Below, in pieces: positions 1 through 33,161 of a stretch of 64,000 nucleotides of DNA. Origin of the DNA: Amoebidium appalachense (Eukaryota; Protista; Ichthyosporea). Where the stretch lies: contig CAVNZM010000009.1 in the NCBI GenBank assembly GCA_963693365.1, positions 1,428,231 to 1,492,230 on the forward strand, read 5' to 3'. Every line of letters starts with the position of its first letter. Within the stretch, counting starts at the first letter, position 1. Position numbers and translations under genes: made by a program. The notes beneath the pieces are model-generated. The model made no database searches. It saw only the letters and a list, made by a program, of their open reading frames with translations, and was not told the DNA's origin.

Positions 1-17
1 GATTGTCTGCATGTCAG

Positions 18-2398
<2,381 letters not shown>

Positions 2399-3328
2399 AC
2401 CTACCTTTCATATATGGGTCCGGAAAATGCATCATGATCGAGGGGCAACATGAGCTGTTAACAAAAGAAAAAACGTGCGCAATCACACACTGGCACATTT
2501 ATTCCACAATGTGGTCGACTTAGAGCTTGCTTCTCATGGCACCGAACCATAATGGCAAACCTGCCCACCTACTGAGAAATGGCCAAAGCTTGTGCGCTAC
2601 AGTCTTCTTAGAGCCAGTATTTCTTCTTCGCGCCCCCTCCCCCCCTCCCCCCCCCCCCCCCCCCCCCCTTTTTGTTTTTTTTTTCCTTTTTTTTTTTTTT
2701 TTTTTGCCTTGGCCATAACGAGGATTTTGGGCGAGAAAGGCAGAGAAGAACTGAATGCAACATAGCACGCAGCAGTATCACCGTAAGAGCAAATAAAATC
2801 TGCACACAAGATGGATACACGAAAAAGAGCCTGCTAGCCTAAAAGTCGGGGTTTGTTTTCCCCGGGGGAGGGGAGGGGAGGGGGGGGGGGGGGGGGGGGG
2901 GATGTCCGGTGTGCAGCCACTCTTGCAGGTCAGGTTTGCAAATATGGTTTTGTTTTTAGACTTTGGGCTCCAGGCCACGAATTCTACGGACCACCAGGGG
3001 ACCAGCCCACTGGGTTCCTTCATACATAAAAATGCGGGGTCTCATTCTATCATACAGAACTATCCATGACTGTCACATGGATATCTTCAGCTGTCCTACA
3101 TACATGCAACACTGCAAATCTATTTATACGTGTAAAGACCCTACAAACACATACGAGGGTGTTTTACCACTGTATAGCATTAACTTATTCTCGTTATTCA
3201 TGCATAATAATTAGTGTCGGTTTGAAGTGGTGGGTATGGATTTCAGTATCACCATTAATCTGATATCATAATCCAAACGTAGCATGAGACGCCCGTCTCT
3301 GCTCGCACCTTTTAAAAAAATTTCATCA

Positions 3329-3859
3329 CTAGCTGGCCTCGACAATACATGACACGGATGCCTTCTTCCGGCAGTCCCGCAAGTTGGAGCGAAATTTGAA
3401 CCTCTCCTCTTCGATTTCCTTGTGGCCCCTCCCCGCAAAAAGGTGCATGCGGCCTGAATGTGTGCGCATAGCAAGCGAATTTCTGATGAAAATGCGCCGT
3501 TTCTGTTCACCTGGCGGTTGATTGTGGAGGTTTTCTTCGCCATCAAAGTCACTGTGGTAGTCGAATTCGATGTCGCCATCCGTGTTGTTCTCTTCTTCAA
3601 TGGGGTCCAAATTCGCCGGGCTCAAAAGTGCACCAAACGTCGGTGATTTGATCACTTCCTGCCTTTCCATGCACTGCAGAAAGCTCTCGTTTGTAACGTA
3701 TTTCTCAAACCGGAATTTGGCCATGTTGGTGGGTGTTGTGGGTGTTCTTGGTGTGTATTTCTCACAGGCAGAATCACACTCTAATTCAGAGCCGGAAGAG
3801 TCTGACAAGCAAGGTGAAACCACCTGTATGCTCAGTGTGGCCAATCTATTCTTCATCAT
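3329..3859 (-). CDS. Hypothetical intronless protein (~176 aa), acidic/Ser-Thr-Pro-rich with basic C-terminal region
   Basis: Open frame from ATG 3859 to TAG 3329 in microsatellite-free DNA with normal amino-acid composition (MMKNRLATLSIQVVSPCLSDSSGSELE...SVSCIVEAS). No family recognised. Confidence 0.5.
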   Translation of the reverse strand: MMKNRLATLSIQVVSPCLSDSSGSELECDSACEKYTPRTPTTPTNMAKFRFEKYVTNESFLQCMERQEVIKSPTFGALLSPANLDPIEEENNTDGDIEFDYHSDFDGEENLHNQPPGEQKRRIFIRNSLAMRTHSGRMHLFAGRGHKEIEEERFKFRSNLRDCRKKASVSCIVEAS

Positions 3860-5214
3860 CGCCACAGCCTATGTTCCACCCTCGTAAAAGTTTGTGTTAC
3901 ACTATTCCTAATGGCTTTCAAAGCTTCTTTACACTGAGTATTAGGTAACAATTTGTCAAAGCAGTGTTCATCATCGATTTCTTTAATATTGTGGAGCTTC
4001 AATGTGACTTTGTGCATGTGACGAACTTCATCCAAGTCCAGGGATCTGCTTTATATACACACATGTTTGGAGAAGTGTAAATACCTGGTCTTCCCGATAA
4101 CGGGTGTCGAGTGACGCGGTATCACGCTGTCGGAAAATCATGAATAGAGAGCGGTGTTCTAGAAAAAAGTGAATCAAAATTTATTATATCATTTATTTTT
4201 TTACGTTCAGGCAATCTCCTGTGATTTTTTTTGAAGGAAAACGCGACCAAAGTTTGTTTCAGAGTCTTCATTGAGTAAGATTAGATACATGAGATAGACA
4301 GTCGTTTTGGGAATTTGCCGCGCTCTTTGAAGGGACTGATGTGGCCTGTTGCGTACGTCATCGACTGACTCATCACCATCCAACTGAAATCATTAGAAGT
4401 TTACGTTTGCTGTATGTAAAACAAAAAGAAAATGCAGTTATTGATTCACCTTGAGCTGAGTTCTGTCAACACTTCTTTGTGGTCAAGTTCGTTGCATCTG
4501 TGCACTCCAAGTTAGAGTCGGCGAAGGCGCTTGACTGCATAAGTGGCAGGCTCAGCCAGTGCCCTTGAATCTGAAAGCATGACGATTGGCTTTTGGTCAC
4601 GTTGATCTCTTGTTGCTAGATCGTACATGACCCGGGCTCCCGGCGGATCCGATGCACTCATGTGATTTCTCTACATACTTCATAGCTAATCGGTTTTGTG
4701 ATATATAGTTCCTAGATCGCGGTTTTAATAATTTCTTTGTTTATTAACTTATATTTGACTACAACAAAGAAGAGGAAGAGCGTGTATAATTAGTTACTAG
4801 GCTCGTCCGACTCCCCGCCGCAAGGGAGGTTACCTCAGACAGTAATGATTGGTCAAGACGCCTGTCGTTGAATCCCCCAACACCCCATGATGTGGGGCGC
4901 GGAATCCAATCTTAATACCAGTATATTAATTTGAAATGCTTACTTATATCAATAAAGCACCTGATGGACAATTTCTTCAGCTTTAATATAATATAGCTGG
5001 TGATTTTTTTATTATAGCCGGGAGGGGCTCCCAACTTGCGCATGTACAATGCATTGTACACATTGCTGAGGGAAGCACCCGGTTAGGGAGAGAGCGCAGC
5101 AAATTCCTACGGCATCCAATCAGATGGTGTTCTGTGTTTGTCGCCGTTTTGAAATTCGAGTTGTTAGTGTTACGGTAGTCCACATTAAACGCTGTTTTGT
5201 GCGCTACTCACGCA

Positions 5215-5645
5215 TACTACGTATATGTGGAGATGGGCCCACGTGACCGCACACGTGTTGCAATGTACCACCAAACATTAAGTAGCAGTATTTTCAGTCA
5301 AACGGGTTCAGGTATATACATGTACATGCAGGCGTTTGTGCTTTCGTATATACGTACTGTAGTGCCGTTGATCTCAGTCTTCAACACGTGCACACATGCA
5401 CAACTGTGTCCGGATCCGAGTCCACACCACCAGTGCCAGGGCCCCTCGGTACTATACCATACAACATGTATGGAAATGGGCACACGTGACCGTACAATTG
5501 TTGCAGTATACCACCGAACATTAGTAGTAATATTTTCATTCAAACGGGTGCACGTATGTACACCATGTGTGCGTGCTTTCAAAGTTCGTAGTACTTGCTA
5601 ATCTCAGTCTTCAACACGTGTGCACATGCACAACTGTGTCCGGAA
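5215..5645. repeat. Degenerate direct duplication, two copies about 230-243 bp apart
   Basis: ACGTGACCG occurs at 5241 and 5484. ATCTCAGTCTTCAACACGTG...CACATGCACAACTGTGTCCGGA occurs at 5371 and 5601. Confidence 0.8.
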
Positions 5646-6055
5646 CCCTCGGGTAATACCATCTCCTGTCAGTAATGCGTATTGGGGGCCGAACTCGGAC
5701 ACCACCCATATGTGCTGAGTCGAGTTCTTTGAGGTGTAGCAACGAAGGCCGGGGCGCCGTGGTTTGCAATTGTACCCGAGGAGATCGCTGCAAGCTTTTG
5801 CAGAACAAATGCGTTTTAACCCCGGGGTTAAAAAAAATTTAGAGCTGAAAACTTCTGTGTTGCATTTGCTGTCTAGGAACTTCATCACTAATAGTATTCT
5901 GACACACTTCCCGCCTATTTGACGTGGTGCCCTCTTTGTTTTTTTTTTCCTTGTTTTTTCGCTGTGTTTTCTTGCACACAAGGAGTCATGTTCGCAGCGT
6001 TTAAAAGTTGTGTTGTTGGTCGATTGTGCAATTTCGGAAAAGAATTCAGACAGCG

Positions 6056-6088
<33 letters not shown>

Positions 6089-6787
6089 GGGGAGGGGGGG
6101 GGGGGGGGGGGGGGGGGGTAATGCAATGCTTCCCTTATTTGTGACCGTGGTATAAAACACATTTTTCCCTATCTATTGGGGTTTCTTTTAGCCACCCCTT
6201 AGGAAGGACAAAAACCTGCCAACAAATTCCTTGCCAGAGTTCCACTTGCTCGGGATCATCGTCTAAGTCATACATACAGTCAACCCGCTTCCTTCCCCCC
6301 CCCTACCGTACCCCCGCCCACCCACCCTCCCACCTACTGTACCTATCGATATCCCCCCCTCCCCCCCCCCCCCCGCCCTCCCCCCCCGCCCTCCCCCTTC
6401 CCGCAGGCCCCGTCACCCTCTGCCGAAGTTCCCTCCACCCACGTGCACATGGACACAGACACAACACAAATACTCAACCTCCTACTGTCCCCCCCATCCC
6501 CCCTCCCCACCACCACCACCACCACCACCACACCCATACGTCTAAAAAAATATCCTCTTCAGCTCCCACCTCTACCTGCACACTACCCCTCACCCGGCAC
6601 CCCTTGCTTGCATCTCCCATGATCCCTTGACCATATGTACCCACTCACCCCTCCTGTTTCCTCCTGTTAGGCTCTTGTCGCCTTCCCCTGTCCCAGCAAT
6701 TGGCTGCTCTCCAACCTTTTTGAGCCCCCCCTCCACCCCCCCCCCTCCCCTCCTCCCCCCCCCCCCCGGCCCTCCCCCCCCTCCCCT

Positions 6788-6848
<61 letters not shown>

Positions 6849-7713
6849 ACTTGTGCACCGCCACCACCTCTGCCCAACCCCACCTTTCCCTCCCGTGCCT
6901 CAGCTTGAATTTTTTACCCCCCCCCCCACCCCCCCACCCCCCCACCCCCCCCCCCCACCACCACCACCACCACAACCACCACCCCCACCCGGCTGAGCCG
7001 TGGTTTTCCAACTGCGGTGCTCCGAGTACAAAACCGGTGGCATCATCAATAACCCCCCTAGCTGTTCCACCTCGTCCCGAGCTTGTGCTTAAAACTCCCT
7101 GGTGATGCAGAAAAGGGCCGGAGGAGGGGGGGGGGGAGGCGTGGAGATTTGGTAGGGGTTCATGGGAAACTTTGGGGGGAAGGGGCCCCGCGGGGAGGCC
7201 AGGGGGTGGGGGTGGGGGGTGAGGGGAAGGGGGGGGGGGGGGAGGGGGGTTTTAAAGAAGAGGCACACTGAGTCAAAGCGCAACACCAATGGAAATAGCA
7301 AAAGGAGATGCATATGTGAAAACTGTTGCTAATTTTGATCCCGTGATGATTGACAATGTCAGAATATGTCCATGGCATTCCAAACTGAACACGGTCTGCC
7401 ACAAATACAATTCAACAGCTTGCAAATTAAGGGGGAGGGAAGGGTTCCATGTACACATGCACGGGGCCACGCATCTTAATTCTGAAACACCCGAACCTTT
7501 TTTTGAGCCTTCAGAATCTTCGGGCATTTCGGAGACACATTTTTTTTTAACCGCCTAAGCCTGCAAACTTTAAGGCTTATTGTAGTAGATCTGGTTGTAA
7601 CTTATACCTTGCCAGGTGCGATAACCGCTATTCCCTCTAGTTTAACATCCACCTACTTCACCTACCTCGACACGCGTTAGTCAGAACGGCCCGTCATTTC
7701 AATCTAGAATAAG

Positions 7714-7755
<42 letters not shown>

Positions 7756-7919
7756 GCGAGGGAGAGGAAGTGTCACAGTGCAGACGTATGTGAGAGCGTG
7801 TGATCGCGGGTGCCTGCGAGTGCGCGCACATGTGTGTCACGTCGATGTGTGTGTGTGTGTCTGTGTGTGTACATGTGTGTGTGTATATTTGCGCGCGCCC
7901 ACGTGTGTGTATGTGTGTG

Positions 7920-8016
<97 letters not shown>

Positions 8017-8681
8017 TGGTGATGGTGGTCGATGGTGTGTGTACGTACGTGTTTTTTTTTTGTTTTTGTTTTTTCTTCTTTGGGGGGGGGGGGGGGGGGG
8101 GGGGGGGAGGACTCGTTTTTCCCCTTTCCATTTTCTTTTATTTCTATTATATTTTAGTTTTATTTTTATTTTTATTTTACTTTCTTTTCTTTTTTCTTTT
8201 TTTTGGTTGTTGGGGGGGGGAGGGGGGAACCTTGGAATCCATGGCTTACTTTTTGCTGACTGGGTCGTAATAGCGCCAGTACTCTATTTATTATGGCAAC
8301 AAATACAGACACCAACTTAGCACCGTAGAACCAGCACTAGCGGTGCACGTGGCTGGATTAGTATAGTGTCAACTCTATTATGGACCCGACTATTTGCAAA
8401 TGTTTGCTGGGCCTGGATATATGCGTTAATCTATATTATAAGTAACAAACACACATAGGCTTATTCTAAGCGACTATTAGAGGGCGGATATACGTATCGG
8501 CCCAACCATAAGTACTATGTACCTAGCTATACCTATATAACTATTCTTGGGAAAATACTAACACAACTATTTTGGGCCGATCGATGATAGCCCGAGCGGT
8601 TTGCACAAACCAATTTAGTAACAAGATTATCTTGCACGACACACACACTCTCACACGCACACAAACACACACACACACACA

Positions 8682-8766
<85 letters not shown>

Positions 8767-9379
8767 GTGTAAAAAAAGCAGGAAAACATACTTTAGCCCT
8801 ACACTTCTACTTCTTGCATAGCACAGTGCCTAAAGCCCAAACTAGGGCTTTCGTTGTTGTAGTAGTGAAATTTCGGGAAATTTTCGACTGCGACAAACAG
8901 CATTCGGAAACCAGTCACGAAAATCGTAAACAATCGACAGGCCTACAGAAAACAACAAAATCGATAGCATCAACAAAGTTAACCATTATTACACTATTAA
9001 CAGTTCGAATTCCCTTGCAAGTGTGAAGTAGATACATGCTATTATTATATTGGGCAGAGATCGAGGGGAAGCCGGAGGGCTTCTCTCCGTAGCAAAGCAA
9101 AAACAAAAGGTAATGTACAACCTAAACCATGGGCGGTGGTTGTACAAACAAGTTTATGTTCAAAAGAAAATCGCTTTGTGTATGCCTAAGTGCATACACC
9201 TTCCGCTTCACAAAAAAATAAAATAAAATTAAATAAAAATAAATTTAAAACCGGGACAATTCTCGAACGATCTTTAACGGTTTGCCCCCCCACCAATATG
9301 AGAGTATGTGTTCATGTTTAGGTAAGCTGGGTGAATGTGTGTCTGTGTGTGTGTGTGTGTGTGTATGCGTGAAGAGGGG

Positions 9380-9417
<38 letters not shown>

Positions 9418-9428
9418 GAGGGTTGCTG

Positions 9429-26067
<16,639 letters not shown>

Positions 26068-28377
26068 GTTTGGAAACTGGCTCTGAGGCCGAATTGTGTC
26101 AACGACTGCTTGAACGATGTTTTTTTTTTAAAGATCTCTAGAACAGGTTGGGCCAAGTAACGACAATTTATATGCACATATGCGGCCTGTATGCCTATTC
26201 AACTGGGTTACTTTTGAATTTATGCCCTCGATGTGGAGTGGGGGTAGGGTCATGTGCACGAATTGCACCCGTATCACCTAGATTGCCCAGTGTAAACAGT
26301 GCTTTAGCTCCCTCTAACTTCTAATACAGCGTTTCGAATAAAAGGCAGGTAAGCATATAAATCATGAACTATTCCCATGGAAGAACAACTGAGTGCCGTA
26401 GACAAACAAGTAAAACCTGCCTGATATGTGCTAAGTTCGTCAACAAAAAATAGTGACGGTGAACCTACTAGCTATCGTGCGAACATCTTGAGTGTAACCG
26501 TGGCACCATCTCATGAGCGAAACGTCGACAAGGTATACAGATTCGAACGTAGCATACACATTCTAACGAGGAAGGCCTATAATCGTTTTTATAGAGAAGA
26601 GTTTCACAGTCAAAGGTTACTTTTGTACACATTTTGATTCTTTTGATTTAGGAAATTTTTATATAAATATATTTGCAGCGTAATATTAAGACTAGCTTTT
26701 ATGCCAAAAAACATCACCACATACCACTTTGCTAATGATGACCGTGTGACTTGTCAAAGGGAAGATACAAGCGAGGGGTCACCTTGATATCGCCCCGCCA
26801 TAGGAATTTCGATTGGCTCAGGTTTCCAACTAACCAATCAGCTTGCGAGATCTGGGGTAAACAATACACAGGCACATTCCAAAGGATATATCCGCATTCC
26901 TGACAGACCAGTATGATGTACCGTTGTCAAGCCTTCAATTTGCAACCATTCTGCTGTGTTCTTTTGCAACATGTTGCTTTACAGCCTTCACTTATCATAT
27001 AGGCTTACTTATGTATACATGTATGTCTGAGCACTCGAAGCCATGATTCATTCTATTCATTACACCATGATTACTTATATTTTCAGGAGTCGACGAAGTC
27101 AAAACACCGAGAGCGGCGCGCGATTGTCCGCACGTTACTCGTACGCGTATGGCCTATGTAATTTTATTCATCGAGTCCTGGTGACTCCTGTCTCATGAGC
27201 GAGCTGTCAGCTGACCCGCGGCTTGACTCACGCACTTATAGTGTATAGATAGTGTGTGTAGCATATGTCATACGACACTACGCTGGCTGAGAAGGGCAAG
27301 AGAGGCACGTGACCAGCCTCTGATCCCGGACCCTTGAAGAAGAACGAATACCCGAAAAATGAAGAAGAAGCCTTACCGCGGGCCAGAAGGTACAGTAGCT
27401 GCAATTATTGTGCAATACGTCGTACCGTACGGTGATGCTCTCAGCCACGAGTGTGGTAGGGGCACATGTACAGAAAGTCCTGAAGAAACAAAGCCTGAAA
27501 GAAACAAAGCTTTAAGAAAGAAAGAAAGAAAGAACAAGCTCATGGCATTGGCGAGACTGCATTATGATTTGAATTCAATGACCCCAGCTATGCCCATACG
27601 TCATGATGCATCAATGTGTGTGTGTGTGTTTGTGTGTGTGTAGCTGAGTCGGACGTGTGCGGCACCCTGTGTGTGGCACTGTGCGTGTGGGTGCTTGCGT
27701 GCGTGTGTTGGATTCAGGGTGTGCGTGTGTGTGTGATATCAATACCGCACGCGTGTACGTGACATGTATATACGTGTGTGTGTGGCACTGTGTGTGCGCA
27801 CGCACCCACGAGCACGTTTGTGTGTGCGTGTGAACTTGTGTGTGTGTGCAGTGTGCGCGCGCGCGCATTTGTGAGCTTGCCGTGCGCGTGCACCGTGACG
27901 ACGTTTGCTGGTGGTCATTATGGACGCAGCTGCAGCGTGTCTTGAACGATGCTGCTCGCGTGCACATCTGTGTACACTGTGACTCAAGTCTGTGTGTTTG
28001 TCACAGTGTGTGTCAGTCACACAACATGATGTATGACGATGATAATATCGCATATATCTCCATATGTATTTCTTATTATACAAAAAGGACGTGTAACGAT
28101 TGCGACAGCTACTGTCTATGGGCACAGAGCGCAGGCTGATATAGGTTTGGGGTGTTTGGTACCTAACCTGGGGATGCACCAAGCATATTTTGTTCGACCT
28201 ATCATGAATCAAATGGGCCGCTCGGATGCAAGCCCTCGGAGAGCATCCAATCAATAAATGTGCATAATTTTTTTAAAATGTGCATTCAATGATTCTATAG
28301 TTATAATCCCATCCGCATTCGACATGCAGTGTGGCACCGCATATATTCAAGGCCCCCAAGCATACTCAGTGTGTGTG

Positions 28378-28862
28378 CTATGGTTGGCAGAACATTTGTA
28401 GCTGCTCCCTCAACTCCTTGACCTGTTGCTCGCGCTTTGCAATCAGTCGCTGGTTCTCTTCTATTGCCTGCACGAGATCCTGCAATGAAAAAAAAATGTT
28501 TAAAATCGAATGCCACGTATAAATTTCATATAGATTAACCTTCAAATATTTAAAAAAATACCGTAACAGTGACACAGGTTCTCCTTTATCGCCTGCACAA
28601 AACCCAGCAGCGCTCGTAAAAGTGTCAATTGTTGTGCCACGGTATTTCAAGTGCAAAAGACTAATCGACATAAGAGGCTACGTACCTACTAGCTACTAGA
28701 TAAAAACCATCGAACATCCGATTATATGATGTGTTTAATAGTAATTAAACAAAGCCATTGTTTTCTCCCTCCGTCTCTCTCTTCCCCGAACTCCCTCTCA
28801 CCTTCCCTCCCTCTCTCTTTCACCCTTCCCCCCCCCCCTGTCCCCTCCCCCCCCTCTCTCTC

Positions 28863-28911
<49 letters not shown>

Positions 28912-29291
28912 ACGCTGCCTGCGCGTGTGTGCATGTGGGTATGTGTGTGTGCATGCACGCGTATACGTGCGTGGCATGTTTGGCACGCGTGCGCCCATGC
29001 ATGAGGATTTTGTGTGCTTTCGCAAATTCGACAGTGTGACAGTGTGCAAACAAACACACAGGTGGGGTAGTAGGGGTGGCAAGTTAATATCCTTATTCTT
29101 ATTCTTATTATTTTTTTTGTTTTGTTTTCTTTTTTCTGGGGGGGTGAAGGGGGGGGGGGGGGGGGGGGGGGAGAGAGAGAGAGAGGGGGGCCCCAAAAAG
29201 GACAAGGATGGGGCCGGGGGTTCCGGAAAGACACGAGCAATGGAGACAGAGAAAGCAAAATATGATATATAAAAGGAGGGCATTGGGGGGG

Positions 29292-29328
<37 letters not shown>

Positions 29329-29669
29329 TGTATGCGGTAGAGGGTTGGAAATATGGAGGAGACAACAAAGAGCAACAACAAAACGTCATAAAATTGGGAA
29401 ATCCAAAATCAAACAATTTAAGCGTGCAGGCAGAAGACACTTGAACAGAGCCCATCAATATCATCAGGGGGTTTTTTTTTGGGGGGGGGGGGGGGGGGGG
29501 GGGGAAGGGAGGAGGAGGGGGGGGGGGGGGGGGGGGGGGGGGCTGATACCTGATCCTCACCGTTAGGATCAATCTCAGCCATCTCCCTGTTGCTTCTTCG
29601 CAGGTGGAAGATGGAGTTATTGAGTTCGTCAATAAGGGGGTTGACGGTCTCGGGTGCAATGCGTTCCAT
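28378..29669 (-). CDS. Small coiled-coil protein (73 aa) resembling the Tma17/Adc17 family
   Basis: Exons 29669-29550 and 28479-28378 give MERIAPETVNPLIDELNNSIFHLRRSNREMAEIDPNGEDQ-DLVQAIEENQRLIAKREQQVKELREQLQMFCQP*. ELxNSIxHLxRSN and AIxEN match my recollection of fungal Tma17-like proteins. A 5'-UTR intron is likely (acceptor 29690, donor ~31426). Confidence 0.65.
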
Positions 29670-29762
29670 CTTGATTCCTTTGTCTTGTCCTAAATGTGTT
29701 TCTGAGAGGGAAAGAGGCCAGATGGAGTGGTGGGGTGTGGGGTGGGCTGGCGGGCGGCAGCA

Positions 29763-29795
<33 letters not shown>

Positions 29796-30997
29796 GGGTG
29801 TCGATAGGGGGAGGGAGGAGGGCGAGGCGAGGAGAGAGGGAGAGGGGGAGAGAGAGAGGGGGGGGGGGGGGGGGGGGAGAGAGAGAGAGAGTGTGTGTGT
29901 GTGTGCCACGTGTGTGTGCGCATTAAATTTGTGTATGTTTGTGTGTGTGTTTTAGAAAGGGGCGGGAGAAGGGGACGGGAATGTGGGAAAGGAGGAGGAA
30001 GGGGGGAAGAGAGGGGGGAAGGGGGAGGGCGGTGGCCGAGGGGGGAGGGGGGGGGGGGGGGAGGAGGCAAATGTTACCGTTAAACCTACACTCGTGCTAG
30101 ACAATTCACCATGGGGAGAAACAGTTCAACAGTGCAATGAAAAACCAGACCGTGGCACACACTGAAAATCACAACTCGTACACCAATGCGAGTGTACACA
30201 ACATGCAGAGGGTACATTCTTAGTGGAAGGCACCCCGTCACCCATCTTTCATGCATGCATGAGAACATGAGGCATCGTTCAATGGGAATAGAGTGAGGGT
30301 ACGGGAGAGAAGGGGAAGGAGGGTAATGGGGGGGTGGGGGGATGTATGCATCAATAGGGGCGCGGGCGGAGGTTGGAAAGGAATAAATCACGACACACAC
30401 ACACACATACACACACACCGTGACGCACACATACACATGCACACACACGCGTGCGCATGCATGCTTGGGAAATAGAGCCTTTGGGGGGGGGGGGGGGGGG
30501 GGGGGGAGGGGGGGGGGGGCAGAAATAAAGAGTATGCAAGAAAAATCAAGACTGTTCAAAGGCAGAAAAGATTCAGATGGTAGGATGCAGCAAATTTTAT
30601 TTTGGCCCCGGGGCAAACGGGAGAGGCGAAGGGGGCGAGCGGAGATTTCTTTGCGGGGGTTGGGGGGAGGCGGGGGCGGGGAGTGAGGAGGGGGAGGAGA
30701 GGGAGAGGGGGGGGAGGGGGGGAGGGAGGGAGGGAGGGAGGGAGGGAGGGAGGGAGGGACACAGAGAGAAGAGGCCTGGGGGTGGGGGGGGAACTGAGAG
30801 AGTAGGAATCGGCGGGAAAGGGAGGGGGGGGGCACAGGGGGGAAGCTAAAAAGAAAAATGCTTTTGGAAGAGTGAAGAAGTGATTACAAGGTAAAAGACT
30901 CCCAAGCAGAGGCTAACGCAATGTGGTGTAAAGGTACCTATAACCCTTGGAGGCAGGGGGGAGGGTGTGTGTGTGTGTGTGTGGGGGGGGGGGGGGG

Positions 30998-31110
30998 ATC
31001 AAGTGTGTTACAGAGTGTGAAGTACGCAAGCATGAGGGACAACAGGATGGAGATTGCAGAGCATGCACCTGTACCAAGAGCATGCATTATAAACCAAGCC
31101 CATCCTCAGA
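30998..31110 (-). mobile_element. Degenerate fragment of the poly-C-associated element
   Basis: Starts after a G run and contains GAAGTACGCA and GCATGCATTATAAACCAAGCCCATCCTCAG, resembling the family's GTATGCATAATAAGCAGAGCCCATCCTCAG. Confidence 0.5.
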
Positions 31111-31594
31111 AAAGGAGATCCTTGGAAGAAACCAAGAAAGGAGAAACTAGTGGATATGCGACAGGTGGCACTCAGCAGGTATAGAAAATAGTGGTGGATG
31201 TGTTTGAGTGCTCGCCTGCCTGCGCAGCACACGTGCGGATGAGGCGGGTTTGGAGAAAGGGGGTGTTTGGGAGGGAGAGGGGGGGGAGGGGGGGGGAGGG
31301 GGGGGGGGAAGGGGGGGGCGGGGAGAGGGGGGGGGGGGGAGGGGAGGAGGAGGAATTTGAGGGGAAACTGAAATACGACTGAAACACGAGCGAGAGATAG
31401 CAGAATGTGCAGAACGTCGTTCTCACTTTTTCCTTTGATGCGTAAAAGATTACGGCGCCGATGTGATGGCTATCTTTAGAACTTGTTTAATGTTTCCCCT
31501 CCTTTCCTTCCTTTTATCGTTCGAGGCTCAAAATCACATAGCCAGCCAAAAGTTGAGGAAGCTTAGTTGACAGCGATGAGGAGTGCCCTCCCAT

Positions 31595-31682
31595 AAAATG
31601 TGCGAAGTGGAGAAGTGACATGCAATTATGTGTGTAGAAAAATGTGCGAAGTGGAGAAGTTACATGCAATTATGTGAGTAGA
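31595..31682. repeat. 44-bp tandem duplication
   Basis: AAAATGTGCGAAGTGGAGAAGT(G/T)ACATGCAATTATGTG(T/A)GTAGA at 31595 and 31639. Confidence 0.9.
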
Positions 31683-32166
31683 TGAAAGCTGAGTAACCCC
31701 CAACAAAAACGTGCGTAGACTGTAAGCTCTGTCCAGCTTACACAAACTAAGCCATAAAACACGTATATACTCACTTTAATTTTCAGAGCACTACCCTAAT
31801 CTTACTTATAACGGTAATAATTTCTGCCACAAAAGAAGAGGCTGTCCTCAACTTTCAGTCCTGTCAAAAAGTCTAAAAATGTATCCTCAGCTGAGCAATT
31901 TTCGGAGTGAATAGGCAAATTAAGTCATTAAAATGTTGACATCTGACGTCACTCAGTGGAGATCGGCAGCTCTTGTTGGGCATCTGACCTCAGCATAAAA
32001 ACAACAAAAAAAGTAGGAATATGGCCGTCACAAGCATTGTGTGCCATATAAAACGCCTGTATTTGGTGGTGTTAGGAGGCCATACTTTGGGAGTCCTTCT
32101 CGTTACCTGCATGCACACACAGGGGGAGAGAGAGAGAACATCAGTACAATTGTGGACACAGGCATA

Positions 32167-32375
<209 letters not shown>

Positions 32376-32450
32376 ACACGCCCACACACACACACGAACA
32401 CACGTTTACACGCAAGGATATAACTCCACACACACACACACTACACCAAC

Positions 32451-33161
32451 ATGAAGACGGTAGAACCCATAGCCAGTGACTGCTTTGTGCAGCTCACAGA
32501 CGAATACCTCGACAAGAACGGCTTCGTCAACTATGATGCACTCATGAGCCCCCCTGGGCTAGAATTACTAGGGAAAAACAAATACCACGTCGCTAATTCG
32601 AACGCTTCTAACCTGGGGTCGAAAAGCGCACAACTCGCATTCTACTGTAACGCGTATAACATGCTTTGTCTCATTTTAATGACCGAGAGGTTGCTTAAAG
32701 ACCCAACCTACTCAAACGACAGTTTGTTGAACAGAGGGAAGTTCTTTAAGTGGGACTCTCATGTTGTCTGTGGCAAGACAATGACGTTGGGCTTGCTCGA
32801 AAACGACATCATTCGAAGTTATGGAGATCCAAGGATTCACTTTTTCATCAACTGTGCCAGTAAAAGTTGCCCGATACTGCGAAAAGATCTCCTTACCGAG
32901 GACAACGTGGACCAGATCTTGGAAGAGAGCACACGCAGTTTTGTGAATGAACAGGGAGGTGCACAATATGATCCAGGCACAAATACGCTTGCCGTGTCAA
33001 AGATTTTCGACTGGTATGTGTCTGATTTCAAGAGTGCGGGTGGAGTGGTAAAGTTTGTGAAACGTTATCACGTGGATGGCGAGAGAATAGGCGATAATGT
33101 GAAGTTGACAACGGTTGAGTATGAGTGGTGTGTAAACGGAAAGGTGACTAAGAAGAAGTGA
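32451..33161 (+). CDS. DUF547 domain protein (236 aa), intronless
   Basis: Single ORF with DUF547 motifs G.VNY..L, LAFYCNAYN, L..LENDIIR, DPRIHFFINCASKSCP.L, VSKIFDWY..DF and C-terminal YEW.VN. Confidence 0.92.
   Translation: MKTVEPIASDCFVQLTDEYLDKNGFVNYDALMSPPGLELLGKNKYHVANSNASNLGSKSAQLAFYCNAYNMLCLILMTERLLKDPTYSNDSLLNRGKFFKWDSHVVCGKTMTLGLLENDIIRSYGDPRIHFFINCASKSCPILRKDLLTEDNVDQILEESTRSFVNEQGGAQYDPGTNTLAVSKIFDWYVSDFKSAGGVVKFVKRYHVDGERIGDNVKLTTVEYEWCVNGKVTKKK

Noticed and set aside
7289-7558. 89-aa non-repetitive ORF MEIAKGDAYVKT...
   Set aside because: No recognisable motif and no partner exons found. Its length is within chance expectation.
27088-27643. Exon-like segments and a 94-aa ORF upstream of the RTK start
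   Set aside because: No consistent spliced frame or family motif could be built.
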